From assembly GCF_021246445.1 (NCBI RefSeq), contig NZ_JAJQXW010000001.1, forward strand, positions 1,878,168 to 1,942,167: 64,000 nt of DNA, in the 5' to 3' direction. Source of the stretch: Rhabdothermincola salaria. Its GTDB lineage: Bacteria; Actinomycetota; Acidimicrobiia; Acidimicrobiales; Acidimicrobilacustridaceae. This document shows, piece by piece, positions 38,484 through 48,475 of the stretch. The notes beneath the pieces were generated by a model. It saw only the letters and a list, made by a program, of their open reading frames with translations, searched no databases and was not told where the DNA came from. The first letter of the stretch is position 1. Every line of letters starts with the position of its first letter. A program made the translations under genes and the position numbers.

Positions 38484-39212
38484 ATGGCCGGCACCGAGCC
38501 GAGCGACGCCGCCGCCCCGAACCCGCCGCCCCGCACGACCCGCACCGGCCGGCGAGCCGGCATCGACCGGAACCAGATCGTGGTCGCCGCCCTCGCCCTG
38601 GCCGACGAGCACGGGATCGACGCGGTGAGCATGCGCAAGGTGGGCGAGGCCGTCGGCGTGGAGGCCATGAGCCTCTACAACCACGTGGCCAACAAGGACG
38701 ACCTGCTCGACGGCATGGTCGACGCCGTCTTCGCCGAGATCGAGCTGCCCGACCTCGACGACCCCGACCTCGACTGGCGCACCGCCCTGCGCAACCGGGC
38801 CCGATCGGCCCGGGCGGCCATGCGGCGCCACCCCTGGGCGGTCACCCTCATGGAGACCCGAACCTCACCCGGCCCGGCCACGCTGCGCCACCACGACACG
38901 GTCCTCGGCACCATGCGCCGCAGCGGCTTCTCCCTCGCCCTCGCCGGCCACGCGCTGGCCCTGCTCGACGCCTACGTGTATGGCTTCGCCCTCGAAGAGA
39001 TCACCCTGCCCTTCGACGAGCCCGCCGGGACCGCCGAGCTGGCCGCGGCCATGCACGAGGCGCTGCCCGCCGACGAGTTCCCGTACCTGGCCGAGTTCAC
39101 CGTGCACCACGTCATGGTCCCGGGGTACGACTTCGCCGCCGAGTTCGACTTCGGTCTCGAGATCGTGCTCGACGGCCTGGCCCACGCCTTCGCCGCCGAC
39201 ACCAACGCCTGA
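38484..39212 (+). CDS. TetR-family regulator (TetR_C type)
   Basis: VSMRKVG..VGVEAMSLYNHVANKDDLL...EFDFGLEIVLDGL. Confidence 0.92.
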   Translation: MAGTEPSDAAAPNPPPRTTRTGRRAGIDRNQIVVAALALADEHGIDAVSMRKVGEAVGVEAMSLYNHVANKDDLLDGMVDAVFAEIELPDLDDPDLDWRTALRNRARSARAAMRRHPWAVTLMETRTSPGPATLRHHDTVLGTMRRSGFSLALAGHALALLDAYVYGFALEEITLPFDEPAGTAELAAAMHEALPADEFPYLAEFTVHHVMVPGYDFAAEFDFGLEIVLDGLAHAFAADTNA

Positions 39213-39276
39213 CGGCGGCAGCCCAGCCCCGGGGCATGACGGTGGCAACGCGACGCTGCTCGCTACGGTCGTCGCC

Positions 39277-40473
39277 ATGCGGCCTCCCCCATCCGACCGA
39301 CGCCGACCCGGGCGGGTCGCAGGTCGGACCGGCGCGCTGCTGGCCGCCCTCCTCCTCATCGTGGGGGCGGCCTGCTCCTCCGATGCGAGCACCGGGGCCC
39401 CGGCGGGCACCACGCTCGGCGCTGACCAGACCGCATCCACCGCCACGTCGACGACCCCGCCGACCACGGCGACCACCACGACCACCGCGCCGCCCCCGCG
39501 TTCGCTGAGCCTGCTCACCACCGGCGACCTGCTGTTGCACATGCCGGTGCAACGCCAGGCCCTCGCCTACGGCGGCGGCACCTACGACTTCACCCCGATG
39601 TTCGCCGACATCGCCGACGAGATCGCCGGGTCCGACTTCGCCATCTGCCACATGGAGGCACCGCTCTCGCCCGACAACCAGGGCCTGTCGGGGTACCCGA
39701 TGTTCCACTCGTCACGCGACATCGCGGACGCCGCGGCCGCGGTGGGTTTCGACGCCTGCTCCACCGCGTCGAACCACTCGCTCGACCAGGGACCCGCCGG
39801 GGTGGTCGCCACCCTCGACCAGCTCGACCGGGTGGGCCTGGGGCACGCCGGCACCAACCGTTCGGCCGAGGAGGCCGCCACCCCCCGCCTGCACGACGTG
39901 AACGGCGTGCGCCTGGCCCACCTGGCCTACACCTACGGCACCAACGGCATCCCCGTGCCCGCCGACCAACCGTGGCTGGTCGAGCTGATCGACATCGACA
40001 CCATCCTCGCCGACGCCGCCACGGCCCGGGCCGCCGGGGCCGAGCTCGTCGTGGTCGAGATGCACTGGGGCGACGAGTACGTCCACCTGCCCAACGCCAC
40101 CCAGCGGGCCCAGGCCGCCCAGCTGCTGGCCTCGCCCGACATCGACGTGCTCATCGGCCAGCACGTGCACGTGGTGCAGGCCGCCGAGCGCATCGGCGAC
40201 GAGTACGTGGTGTACGGCACCGGCAACCTGCTCTCCAACCAGGGGGCTCCGGCCACGCCGACGGCCAGCAACGACGGCGTGCTGGTGCACGTGGATCTCA
40301 CCGAGAACCCCGACGGCACCTGGTCCCAGGCGGTGCGCTACACCCCCACGTACGTCGAGCGCGGCCCCTTCGTCGTCCGGCGGGCCGCCCCCGGGTCGGA
40401 CTCCTACCAGCGCACCGTCGCCGCCCTCGGCGGACTCGGCCCCGGCACCTTCGACGGCACCCCCACCTCCTGA
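39277..40473 (+). CDS. CapA-family (metallophosphoesterase) lipoprotein
   Basis: Lipobox GAAC, TGDLLLH, CHMEAP, ASNHSLD, YTYGTNG, MHWG.EY, YGTGNLLSNQ. Confidence 0.88.
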   Translation: MRPPPSDRRRPGRVAGRTGALLAALLLIVGAACSSDASTGAPAGTTLGADQTASTATSTTPPTTATTTTTAPPPRSLSLLTTGDLLLHMPVQRQALAYGGGTYDFTPMFADIADEIAGSDFAICHMEAPLSPDNQGLSGYPMFHSSRDIADAAAAVGFDACSTASNHSLDQGPAGVVATLDQLDRVGLGHAGTNRSAEEAATPRLHDVNGVRLAHLAYTYGTNGIPVPADQPWLVELIDIDTILADAATARAAGAELVVVEMHWGDEYVHLPNATQRAQAAQLLASPDIDVLIGQHVHVVQAAERIGDEYVVYGTGNLLSNQGAPATPTASNDGVLVHVDLTENPDGTWSQAVRYTPTYVERGPFVVRRAAPGSDSYQRTVAALGGLGPGTFDGTPTS

Positions 40474-40646
40474 GCCCGGCCCCCGGTGAGACGGGAACAC
40501 GTTCCGTCGGTGAGACGGCCCTACAGGCCCCGACGCGGCAGCCGGGCGGCGAGACTCCGCGGTGAGACGCACGAGCTCGGCCCGGCGAGCGCACGACCCA
40601 CTGCACGGGCGGGACCCGATCAGATCGAGGGCTGATCGACCCCTGA

Positions 40647-41009
40647 TCAGACCGGTGTCTGCTGGTGCACCACCAGGCGCCACCGACCGTCCACACGGCG
40701 GTAGCTGCTGGTGAACAGCGCCGTGTACGAGCCGCCGTCGCGCTGGGCGGTGGCCCGGTAGGCGACCACGGCGGAGGCGTCGCCGAGCACCAGCACCCGC
40801 TCGTCGGCGAACTCGAACGACGTCCACGGTGCGTCCTGCATCGAACGCACCAACTCGGCCCGGTCGTCGATGACCATCCCACCCGGGAGCAGGAAGCACA
40901 CCTCGTCGGCGAGCACCTCCCCGTAGAACGTCGCCGCCGCCTCGCCCCCGCTCGACAGCGCCACCCACCCGTCGCGTTCGAGCCCCAGCACCTCGTCCTC
41001 GATCCCCAT
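40647..41009 (-). CDS. NTF2-like/DUF4440 protein
   Basis: AVVAYRATA...SSYRRVDGRWRLVVHQQTP. Confidence 0.85.
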   Translation of the reverse strand: MGIEDEVLGLERDGWVALSSGGEAAATFYGEVLADEVCFLLPGGMVIDDRAELVRSMQDAPWTSFEFADERVLVLGDASAVVAYRATAQRDGGSYTALFTSSYRRVDGRWRLVVHQQTPV

Positions 41010-41318
41010 GCGACCCAGTGTGGCTCGCGGCGGCGGGGCCAGACGCCCACACAGGCCCGTGCCCGGATCCGATCCGATGGCACCGCTCCAGCGGTCGACC
41101 GCGACCAGGGACTGGGCGCCGTGGACGAGCCGCCGTCGCTCCGGGCGGTGGCGCGGTCGTCGCTCGTCCTCGACTGGCGATCCGCCACGTGCCCGTGGCG
41201 GACGCGGCAGGGCCCGGGCGCTGGAGGTCGCCCGGGCCCTGCCACCCGCCGGGTGGACCCCCGCAGGGGTCGCCGCCGCCGACCGCGTCGTCGCGGTCGG
41301 CGGCGGCCCCTGGGGGGT

Positions 41319-43688
41319 TCAGTCGAGGCCGAAGGCCTCGGAGACGTCGCCGAGGTCGACGAACACGGTCTCGCCGTAGTTCTCGTCCACCCCGTCGTTG
41401 TCGGTGACCATCAGCACCCGGCCGTCCGCGGTGACGGCGAGGCCCTCGAGCTTGTCGGGCACCGCGATGCTGGCGGCATCGAGGTCGGCCAGGACGTCGC
41501 GCAGCAGCGTCTTGGTGACCACCGGCAGCGGCTGGCCGTGCTCGACGAAGGCCGTGGCGGCCACATCCACCGCGTAGATGCGCTTGATCCGGGCCTCCTG
41601 GCCCAGCTGGTTGTCACGCTCGACGATGGCCACCCGGCCGTCGGGGAGCACGGTGATCTCCGACAGGCCCACCCAACCGCCGGCCGGCGACTCGACCGGG
41701 TCGAGCTGGTAGGCGGCGAAGGCCCACGTGCCGGTCGCCACCTCGTAGCGACCGATCTTCACCTGGCCGGCGGCGTCGTCGGCCCAGCTGCGCTGCACGA
41801 CGGTCCACACGACCTCGTCGCCGCCGGCCTCGGTGCCGGTGACGGCCACGCCCTCGAGACCGCTGCTGGTGGCGTTGCCCACCAACGACGCGGGCAACGC
41901 CACCGAGTCGAGCACCGCGCCGGTGGCGTCGGTGCGCACCAGCAGGTTCGGGCGCGAGCTGCCGGGGTTGACCCGACCCTCGCTGGCCAGCCAGAAGCCG
42001 CCCTCGGGGCGCACGGCGACGCCTTCGAGATCGAAGTCGCCGGTCAGCTGGTCGGCGACGCCCACGCCGCCGACGGCGATGCGCTCGGTGATCACCGCCG
42101 GCGAGGAGCTCACGTCCACCCGGTACAGCCAGGACTGGGCCAGGAAGGAGTCACTGACCGCCCAGGCCGTGCCGGCGTCGTTCGGGTCGCCGGCCAGGCC
42201 GGACATGGCCACCCACGGGATCGGCGTGCCGGCCCCCTCGTCGCTGCTCACCAGCTGCGGGTAGGTGGGCGCACCGGGACGGAACAGGGTGATGAAGGGG
42301 CGAGCGGAGAACACGTCCTCGGGGTCCTCGTCGAACCCGTCGACCTCGGCGGTCACCACGAAGGTGCCGTCGTCGGTGAGCAGCATGCCCTCGGGGCCCA
42401 TGCCGGTGGGCAGCATCTGCACGAACTGCGGCGTGCCCGAGGTGACGTCGTAGACGCCGACCACGTTGGCCCGCTCGGCGCCGACGAAGAGCAGCGTGCG
42501 ACCCCGGTAGTGGCCCACGGCCAGCCCCTCGGGCTCGGCGCCCTTGTTCTCGGACCGGCCCTCCGGGTAGTGGCCGTGGCGTACCACCAGGTGCTCGAAG
42601 GTGTTGCCGCTGTCGTACTCGACGGTGCCGTCGATGTTGAACAGGGTGAAGCCGCGGCTGCCGCCCTCCACCCCGTCCTCGTCCTCGTAGTCGCCCTCGT
42701 TGGCGGTGACGAAGGTGTCGTGGTCGACCCACTTCACGGTGTCGGGCTCACGACGACGGTCGGTCAGCGAGCCGGTCAGCTCGATCAGGCCGTTGCGCTG
42801 GGGGCCCAGCTTCTCTTCGACCGTGTCGATCTGGTCGAGCGACACGGTGCCGGCGCTGAAGTCGTTGATGACGCGGGCCGTGCGCAGGTCGACGATCACC
42901 AGGTGGTTGTTCTCCTGGAGGGTGACCACGGCCTGGTTGCGACGGTTGATGTCGACGAACTCGGGCTCGGCGTCGGTCGGGGCGGTGTCGGCCAGCCCGG
43001 TGAGGTCGACGGTGCGCAGGCTCCACCGGTTGGGCTGGCCGGCGAGGTCGAGGACCTGCAGCGAGCCGCTGGGCAGCTGCGGGAGGATCCCGTCGTCGAG
43101 GTCCTCGTCGCGCTCGTTCTCGATCACGATGGCGCCGTAGCGGCCGCTGGGGGCGATGGCCACCGAGTCGGGCTGGCCGTCGAGCGGGATGGTGCGCAGG
43201 ATCTGACGGCTGGCGATGTCGATCACCAGCAGGTCACCGCTGGGGTTCACGAAGTCGGTGCTGGTGTTCACGGCCACGAGCGCCCAGCCGCGGTGCACGG
43301 CCACGCTGGTGGGGTCGCCGGGGAGCTCCATGGCGCCGAGGGGCTGGGGGTTGGCCGCATCCGAGATGTCGACGAAGCCGAGGCGTCCGGTGAGGCCGTC
43401 GGTGTAGATGGCGGTACGGCCGTCGCGGGTGACGTCCACGATCTCGGCCGACGTGGCGGTCATGGGATCGTCGCCGGGGAACAGGTTCTCGGTGATGAAG
43501 AACGAGCCGGTGTGGGCGAAGGTCGCATCCGGGCGAGCGGCGTGGGCAGGACCACCCCGCTGGCCGGCGTGGTCGGGACGGGCGGCGGCCACGGGCAGCG
43601 TGAGCGAGCCGGCGGTGACAGCGACGACCGCGGTGGCGGCGACGGCGGGGCGGAACCAGCGTCGACGCTGGCCTTGAAGACGGAACAT
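41319..43688 (-). CDS. secreted beta-propeller + phytase-like esterase (alkaline-phosphatase-associated) protein
   Basis: Signal peptide; TSAEI, GQPDSVA, IENERDE, EPEFVDIN, ANEGD, RSENKG.EPEG, DLEGVA, KLEGLA, TDNDG. Confidence 0.8.
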   Translation of the reverse strand: MFRLQGQRRRWFRPAVAATAVVAVTAGSLTLPVAAARPDHAGQRGGPAHAARPDATFAHTGSFFITENLFPGDDPMTATSAEIVDVTRDGRTAIYTDGLTGRLGFVDISDAANPQPLGAMELPGDPTSVAVHRGWALVAVNTSTDFVNPSGDLLVIDIASRQILRTIPLDGQPDSVAIAPSGRYGAIVIENERDEDLDDGILPQLPSGSLQVLDLAGQPNRWSLRTVDLTGLADTAPTDAEPEFVDINRRNQAVVTLQENNHLVIVDLRTARVINDFSAGTVSLDQIDTVEEKLGPQRNGLIELTGSLTDRRREPDTVKWVDHDTFVTANEGDYEDEDGVEGGSRGFTLFNIDGTVEYDSGNTFEHLVVRHGHYPEGRSENKGAEPEGLAVGHYRGRTLLFVGAERANVVGVYDVTSGTPQFVQMLPTGMGPEGMLLTDDGTFVVTAEVDGFDEDPEDVFSARPFITLFRPGAPTYPQLVSSDEGAGTPIPWVAMSGLAGDPNDAGTAWAVSDSFLAQSWLYRVDVSSSPAVITERIAVGGVGVADQLTGDFDLEGVAVRPEGGFWLASEGRVNPGSSRPNLLVRTDATGAVLDSVALPASLVGNATSSGLEGVAVTGTEAGGDEVVWTVVQRSWADDAAGQVKIGRYEVATGTWAFAAYQLDPVESPAGGWVGLSEITVLPDGRVAIVERDNQLGQEARIKRIYAVDVAATAFVEHGQPLPVVTKTLLRDVLADLDAASIAVPDKLEGLAVTADGRVLMVTDNDGVDENYGETVFVDLGDVSEAFGLD

Positions 43689-43931
43689 GGGCCTGGACTC
43701 CCTTGTCGGTGGACGACGGTGAGTCCACCGCACCCGAATGGCGCCACGGCTGCGCCGACGTGGACGGCCGGCGACGACTCGACGAAGGATCGGCGAGGCA
43801 CTCCGACGCGGCGCTCCGACGACGACGCGGCGTGGTCGTCGACTCGCGATCCGTCACCCCGTCGCCTGGCGCCCCTCGACCGGCCCGGGCCGCTCAGCTC
43901 GCGCCGTGCCGGCTCAACCGCTCGGCGGAGC

Positions 43932-45545
43932 TCAGCCCGTGAAGCGGGGGGTCACCCGCACCGCGTCGGCCGGGACAGCGCCCCCACCTCGGGTCGCCGC
44001 GTCGCCGGCGCCAGCCACCGCCGTGGTGGTGGTCGGCGAGGCGGTGGACGGCGAGGCGGTGGTCGGCGGGGTGGTGGTCGGCGGGGGGTCGTCGGGGCAC
44101 CCGACGGTGACCTCGGTGTCGAGGATCGCGCGTGCCCCTTCGAGCCAGGTGACGACGACGGTCCGCGCCCCGTCGGCGTAGGGGCCGAAGGTGAGCACGC
44201 CGCCGTCGCTGTCATCCACGCCCTCGGCAACCACGACCCCGTCGATGGCCACGTCGTAGGTCTCGACCGACTCGTCGCCGATGGCGACCTCGATGGTGCC
44301 GCCGTCGGCGGTGCACACCGGCTCGGCGGCGGCCTGGGGCTCACCCTCGACGGTGATCGTGATGGTGGCCGTGGCCGTCGTGAACCCGTCGGAGACCGTG
44401 TAGGAGATCGTCTCGGTCCCCACGAAGCCCGCATCCGGCGTATAGGTGAACGACCCGTCGCCCGCGATGTCCAACGTGCCATCGGTCGCCGAGTCGAACG
44501 CGATCACGGCCAGCGGGTCACCGTCGGCGTCGGTGTCGTCGGCCAGCACCCCCTCGCTGGCACCGACGGTGAGCACCTCGCCGGCGTGCACCTCGTAGTC
44601 GTCGTCGACCGCTACCGGCGGGGTGTTCACCCTCACCTGGATGGTCACCGTCGCCGACGCCGTCGCCACCCCATCGGAGATCGTGTACGTGAACCCATCG
44701 GTGCCCACGAACCCCGCATCCGGCGTGTACGAGAACGACCCATCCAGCGATGGATTCACCACCCCGTCCGTCGCCGACGTGAACGAGATCACCGTCAACG
44801 CATCACCATCACCATCGGAATCGTTGGCCAACAACCCCTCACCAGCCGCCACCACCAACGGCGTGTCGGGAGGTGTCAGGTAGAGGTCGTCGAGCGCTGT
44901 CGGCGCCTCGTTGGTCACCGAGATCGTCACCGACGCCGACGCCACCTCCACCCCATCAGAGATCGAGTACGTGAACCCATCCGTGCCCACGAACCCCGCA
45001 TCCGGCGTGTACGAGAACGACCCATCCAGCGACGGGTTCACCACCCCGTCCGTCGCCGACGTGAACGAGATCACCGTCAACGCATCACCATCACCATCGA
45101 AGTCGTTCGCCAACAACCCCTCACCAGCCGCCACCACCAACGGTGTGTTGGCGCGCGTCGAATACACGTCGTCCACCGCCGTCGGCGCCTCGTTGGTCAC
45201 CGAGATCGTCACCGTCGCCGACGCCACCTCCACCCCGTCCGAGATCGTGTACGTGAACCCATCGGTGCCCACGAACCCCGTATCCGGCGTGTACGAGAAA
45301 GACCCATCCAGCGACGGGTTCACCACCCCGTCCGTCGCCGACGTGAACGAGATCACCGTCAACGCATCACCATCGGCATCGAAGTCGTTCGCCAACAACC
45401 CCTCACCCGCCGCCACCACCAACGGTGTGTTGGCGCGCGTCGAATACACGTCGTCCACCGCCACCGGCGCCACCGCCGCGGCGGGCGCGGCCGCCAGGAC
45501 CACGACGAGGGCTGACCCCACCAGCAATGCCACGACCTTGCGCAT
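43932..45545 (-). CDS. secreted tandem Ig-like (tandem-95/Big_9-type) repeat surface protein with C-terminal PRFTG motif
   Basis: Signal peptide; four repeats P.AVDD.Y...GLLAND.D.DGD.L...DGSFSYTP..GFVGTD.FTYTISDG; Pro/Thr linker. Confidence 0.88.
   Translation of the reverse strand: MRKVVALLVGSALVVVLAAAPAAAVAPVAVDDVYSTRANTPLVVAAGEGLLANDFDADGDALTVISFTSATDGVVNPSLDGSFSYTPDTGFVGTDGFTYTISDGVEVASATVTISVTNEAPTAVDDVYSTRANTPLVVAAGEGLLANDFDGDGDALTVISFTSATDGVVNPSLDGSFSYTPDAGFVGTDGFTYSISDGVEVASASVTISVTNEAPTALDDLYLTPPDTPLVVAAGEGLLANDSDGDGDALTVISFTSATDGVVNPSLDGSFSYTPDAGFVGTDGFTYTISDGVATASATVTIQVRVNTPPVAVDDDYEVHAGEVLTVGASEGVLADDTDADGDPLAVIAFDSATDGTLDIAGDGSFTYTPDAGFVGTETISYTVSDGFTTATATITITVEGEPQAAAEPVCTADGGTIEVAIGDESVETYDVAIDGVVVAEGVDDSDGGVLTFGPYADGARTVVVTWLEGARAILDTEVTVGCPDDPPPTTTPPTTASPSTASPTTTTAVAGAGDAATRGGGAVPADAVRVTPRFTG
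44630..45465 (-). repeat. three near-identical 282-bp (94-aa) domain repeats
   Basis: GATCACCGTCAACGCATCACC recurs at 44787, 45069 and 45351. Confidence 0.9.
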
Positions 45546-45604
45546 CTGGTCCTCCCCGTGCCCGGTGGCACGACCCTATGACAATCAGCGGGAGCGACGT
45601 CGCC

Positions 45605-45653
45605 TTGACATGCCTATGCCTCTTAGGCACACTGCCTATGAGCAATAGGCAGT
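45605..45653 (+). promoter_or_regulatory. sigma-70-type promoter overlapped by two TetR-type operators
   Basis: TTGACA at 45605 and CACACT 17 bp later. Palindromes TGCCTA-N7-TAGGCA (45611-45629) and ACTGCCTAT-N5-ATAGGCAGT (45631-45653). Confidence 0.75.
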
Positions 45654-45702
45654 AGCGCTCGAGGAACAGGCCCGTCGTACGAGCACCCGAGAGGACCACG
45701 TC

Positions 45703-46233
45703 ATGCGCCACCAGATCCGCACCCAGATCGACATCGACGCCACCCCCGACGAGGTCTACGCGGTGGTCGCCGACGTGGCCGCCTACCCCGAGTGGAACCC
45801 CACCATCGTCGAGACCGACGGCCACGGGCGCCTCGGCGAGAAGCTCCGCCTGCGCATGCAACCGACCCAGGGCGGGGGCATGACCTTCCGCCCGACGGTG
45901 ACCGAGGCCGAGCCGGGCGTGGCCTTCGAGTGGCTGGGGCGCCTCGGGGTTCCCGGGCTCTTCGACGGGCGCCACCGATTCGAGCTCACCGACCTGGGCG
46001 ACGGGCGCACCCGACTGGTGCACGGCGAGTCGTTCTCCGGGCTGCTGGTCCGCCCCCTGCGCCGGATGCTCGACGACGGCACCGCCCACGACTTCGAGGT
46101 CGTCAACGCGGCCATCGCCCAGCGGGTGGCCGAGCGGCGCGGTGTGGGCGCGCACCGCCGCCCCGGCCCTGAGGCCCCGACCGGCCGGAGCGCCGACGCC
46201 CCCGAACCCGGCCGCGCCGCCGGCCTGGTCTGA
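45703..46233 (+). CDS. SRPBCC family protein
   Basis: IDIDATPDEVY..VAD..AYPEWNP...WLGRLG.PGLFDG.H.F...ESFSGLLV. Confidence 0.88.
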   Translation: MRHQIRTQIDIDATPDEVYAVVADVAAYPEWNPTIVETDGHGRLGEKLRLRMQPTQGGGMTFRPTVTEAEPGVAFEWLGRLGVPGLFDGRHRFELTDLGDGRTRLVHGESFSGLLVRPLRRMLDDGTAHDFEVVNAAIAQRVAERRGVGAHRRPGPEAPTGRSADAPEPGRAAGLV

Positions 46234-46234
46234 G

Positions 46235-46915
46235 GTGGCGCGCAAGGTCGGTCTCGGCCTCGCCGACGTCGTCGACGCCGCCGCCGCCGTGGCCGACCGC
46301 GATGGCCTCGATGCCGTCACCCTGGCCACTGTCGCCACCGCCCTGGGGGTGAAGGCTCCGTCGCTGTACGCCCACGTGGCCGGCCTCGACGGCCTGCGAC
46401 GCGAGCTCGGGCGCGAGGGCGCCCGCCGCCTGGGTGCGGCCATGGCCGACGCCGTGGCCGCCGCCGACGCGGACGCTGAGGCGCCCGAGACGCCCGCCCG
46501 CGCCGCCTCTGCGACCGCCGGGACGACGAGCGGCCATCCACCCGGGCGCGCCAGCCCCGAGGCGGCCCTGCGGGCGGTCGCCGTAGCCTACCGGCGCTTC
46601 GCCCACGACCACCCCGGCCTCTATGCCGCCATGCTCCCGGCCCCCGACCCCGCCGCCGAACCCGAGGCAGCGGCCGACTTCGCCACCGCCATCGCCGCCC
46701 CGGTCGAGGTGATGAACCGCTTCGGCCTCGCCCCGGAGGCCACCATCGACGCGGTGCGCACGGTACGGGCCCTGCTGCACGGCTTCGTCGACCTCGAGCT
46801 GCGCGGGGGGTTCGGCCTCCCCGACCCGGTCGACGACACATTCGCCCATGCCGTCGACCTCGCCGTCACCGCCCTCGGTTCACGGGGCGGGACGCGTCGC
46901 CGACGGACCCGCTGA
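46235..46915 (+). CDS. TetR-family regulator (WHG-type C-terminus)
   Basis: VTLATVATALGVKAPSLYAHV...AYRRFA..HPGLY...LHGFVDLE..GGF. Confidence 0.88.
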   Translation: MARKVGLGLADVVDAAAAVADRDGLDAVTLATVATALGVKAPSLYAHVAGLDGLRRELGREGARRLGAAMADAVAAADADAEAPETPARAASATAGTTSGHPPGRASPEAALRAVAVAYRRFAHDHPGLYAAMLPAPDPAAEPEAAADFATAIAAPVEVMNRFGLAPEATIDAVRTVRALLHGFVDLELRGGFGLPDPVDDTFAHAVDLAVTALGSRGGTRRRRTR

Positions 46916-47048
46916 GGGCGCCGACCGCTCGGAGAGCATCGTCGGGCCGTGACCGCGTCAGGGCCGGGTCCGCCACCGGCTCGGGGCGGCGGGCGGCCGG
47001 GACCGAGCGGGACAGGGAGCACCCGGATGGCGTCGCCGGCCGCGTCCG

Positions 47049-47951
47049 TCAGTCGCGCACGACGAGCTCGAGGACGTCGGGGCGCGAGTAGTGACCCGAC
47101 GGATCGAAGGCACGGCGACCGGCAGCCACCAGCGCGATGTCGAGGTCGGCGGTCACCACCCCGGCCGACCCGGTGAGCGGGCCGTCGACGACCTCACCGC
47201 CCGGCGCCACGATGGTGGTGTTGCCCTTCGACATCCAGTCGTCGGCCCCGCCGTAGATCTCGTCGGCTCCCGGGAGGTCCCGGGGCACGTCGCTCCCGGC
47301 GAGCAGAGCGGTGACCCCCACGACGTACACCTGCCCCTCCTTGGCGATGTGGCGCAGCGTCGGGACCCACTCGTCGCTGTTGTCCCACGTCGGTGCCAGC
47401 AGCACGTCGATGCCCTTGTCGTAGAGCGCGGCGCGGGCCAGCGGCATGTAGTTCTCCCAGCAGATCAGCGACGCGACGCGAACACCGCCGATGTCGACGA
47501 CGGTCAGCACCGGCCCCTGGCCGTTGGCCCACACCAGCCGTTCGGCCCCGGTGGGCACCAACTTGCGGTGCACACCGGCGACGGTGCCGGCGTCGTCGAC
47601 GTAGACCACCGAGTTGTAGAGGGTGCCGGACCGGACCCGCTCGGTCACGCCGAGTGCCACCCAGACCCCCGCATCCCGGGCCGCGGCGCACACCACGTCG
47701 AGATCGGGGCCGGGCACCTCGACGGACTGGTCCTGGAAGCGGGCGTACCACTCGCCGTCGCTCCACGGGTTCTGGCGCCACAACCAGTCGGGGTAGCCGG
47801 GGACGAACGACTCGGGGAACACCACGAGGTCGGCCCCGTCGGCGCCGGCTCGGGTCACGTGCTCGGCCACGAGGGCCAGTGTCGCCTCCCGGTCGAGGTA
47901 GGCCGGGGTGGCCTGGACGGCGGCGACGCGCAAGACCCGTGCGTCGCTCAT
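47049..47951 (-). CDS. carbon-nitrogen hydrolase (nitrilase family)
   Basis: VFPESFVPGYP, HRKLVPT..ER, ICWENYMPLAR triad, GHYSRPDV. Confidence 0.92.
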   Translation of the reverse strand: MSDARVLRVAAVQATPAYLDREATLALVAEHVTRAGADGADLVVFPESFVPGYPDWLWRQNPWSDGEWYARFQDQSVEVPGPDLDVVCAAARDAGVWVALGVTERVRSGTLYNSVVYVDDAGTVAGVHRKLVPTGAERLVWANGQGPVLTVVDIGGVRVASLICWENYMPLARAALYDKGIDVLLAPTWDNSDEWVPTLRHIAKEGQVYVVGVTALLAGSDVPRDLPGADEIYGGADDWMSKGNTTIVAPGGEVVDGPLTGSAGVVTADLDIALVAAGRRAFDPSGHYSRPDVLELVVRD

Positions 47952-48340
47952 GCCGGGGGCGCGAAGAACTCGAGCGCGATGTTGTCGGGGTCCCGGAACG
48001 ACAGGCCCGAGCCGTAACCGGCGTCGACGATGCCGCCGTGGTCGACGCCGAGCTCGTCCAGGCGCTCCGCCCACTCCTGAAGCGCAGCCCGGTCCCGGCA
48101 CGCGAAGGACAGGTGGTCCAGGCCAGGTCGTCGCTCGTCGAAGGCGGCGTCGCTGCTGCCGTCGGGGAACTGATGGAGACCGACGAGCGTGTCGCCGACG
48201 GACCACACCACATGCCGGAACGGGCCGGTGTCCTCGTCGAGCGCCGGAGCGGCGTCGAAGAGCCGCTGATACCACGGCACGCTCCGCTCCAGATCGGTGA
48301 CCGTCAGCGCGACGTGCGTGATCGTCGGGAACACCGGCAT
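47948..48340 (-). CDS. VOC/glyoxalase family protein
   Basis: HVALTVTDLERS..WY, GLDHLSF, FRDPDNIALEFF. ATGA overlap with the nitrilase. Confidence 0.9.
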   Translation of the reverse strand: MPVFPTITHVALTVTDLERSVPWYQRLFDAAPALDEDTGPFRHVVWSVGDTLVGLHQFPDGSSDAAFDERRPGLDHLSFACRDRAALQEWAERLDELGVDHGGIVDAGYGSGLSFRDPDNIALEFFAPPA

Positions 48341-48475
48341 GGCTCGACCTCTTCGATCGTCGTCGCGCACGAGCATGACCCATGCCTCGTCGAAAGACCA
48401 GGGATTGCTGTTGCCGGCGCCAGGGTGCGAGCCCGGGCGCGGGCGCGCCACCCTGGCTGGGTCGGTCCCGCGCGC

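Noticed and set aside
40484..40570. CGGTGAGACG repeated 3-4 times after the CapA-family gene
   Set aside because: A 10-bp unit with irregular spacing (24/39/13 bp); not an array or iteron set I can support.
40665..45515. 1616-aa plus-strand ORF and other long antisense ORFs (e.g. 36791-39508, 55214-57913, 58975-61542)
   Set aside because: Shadow ORFs of high-GC genes on the opposite strand or frame, with no domain motifs.
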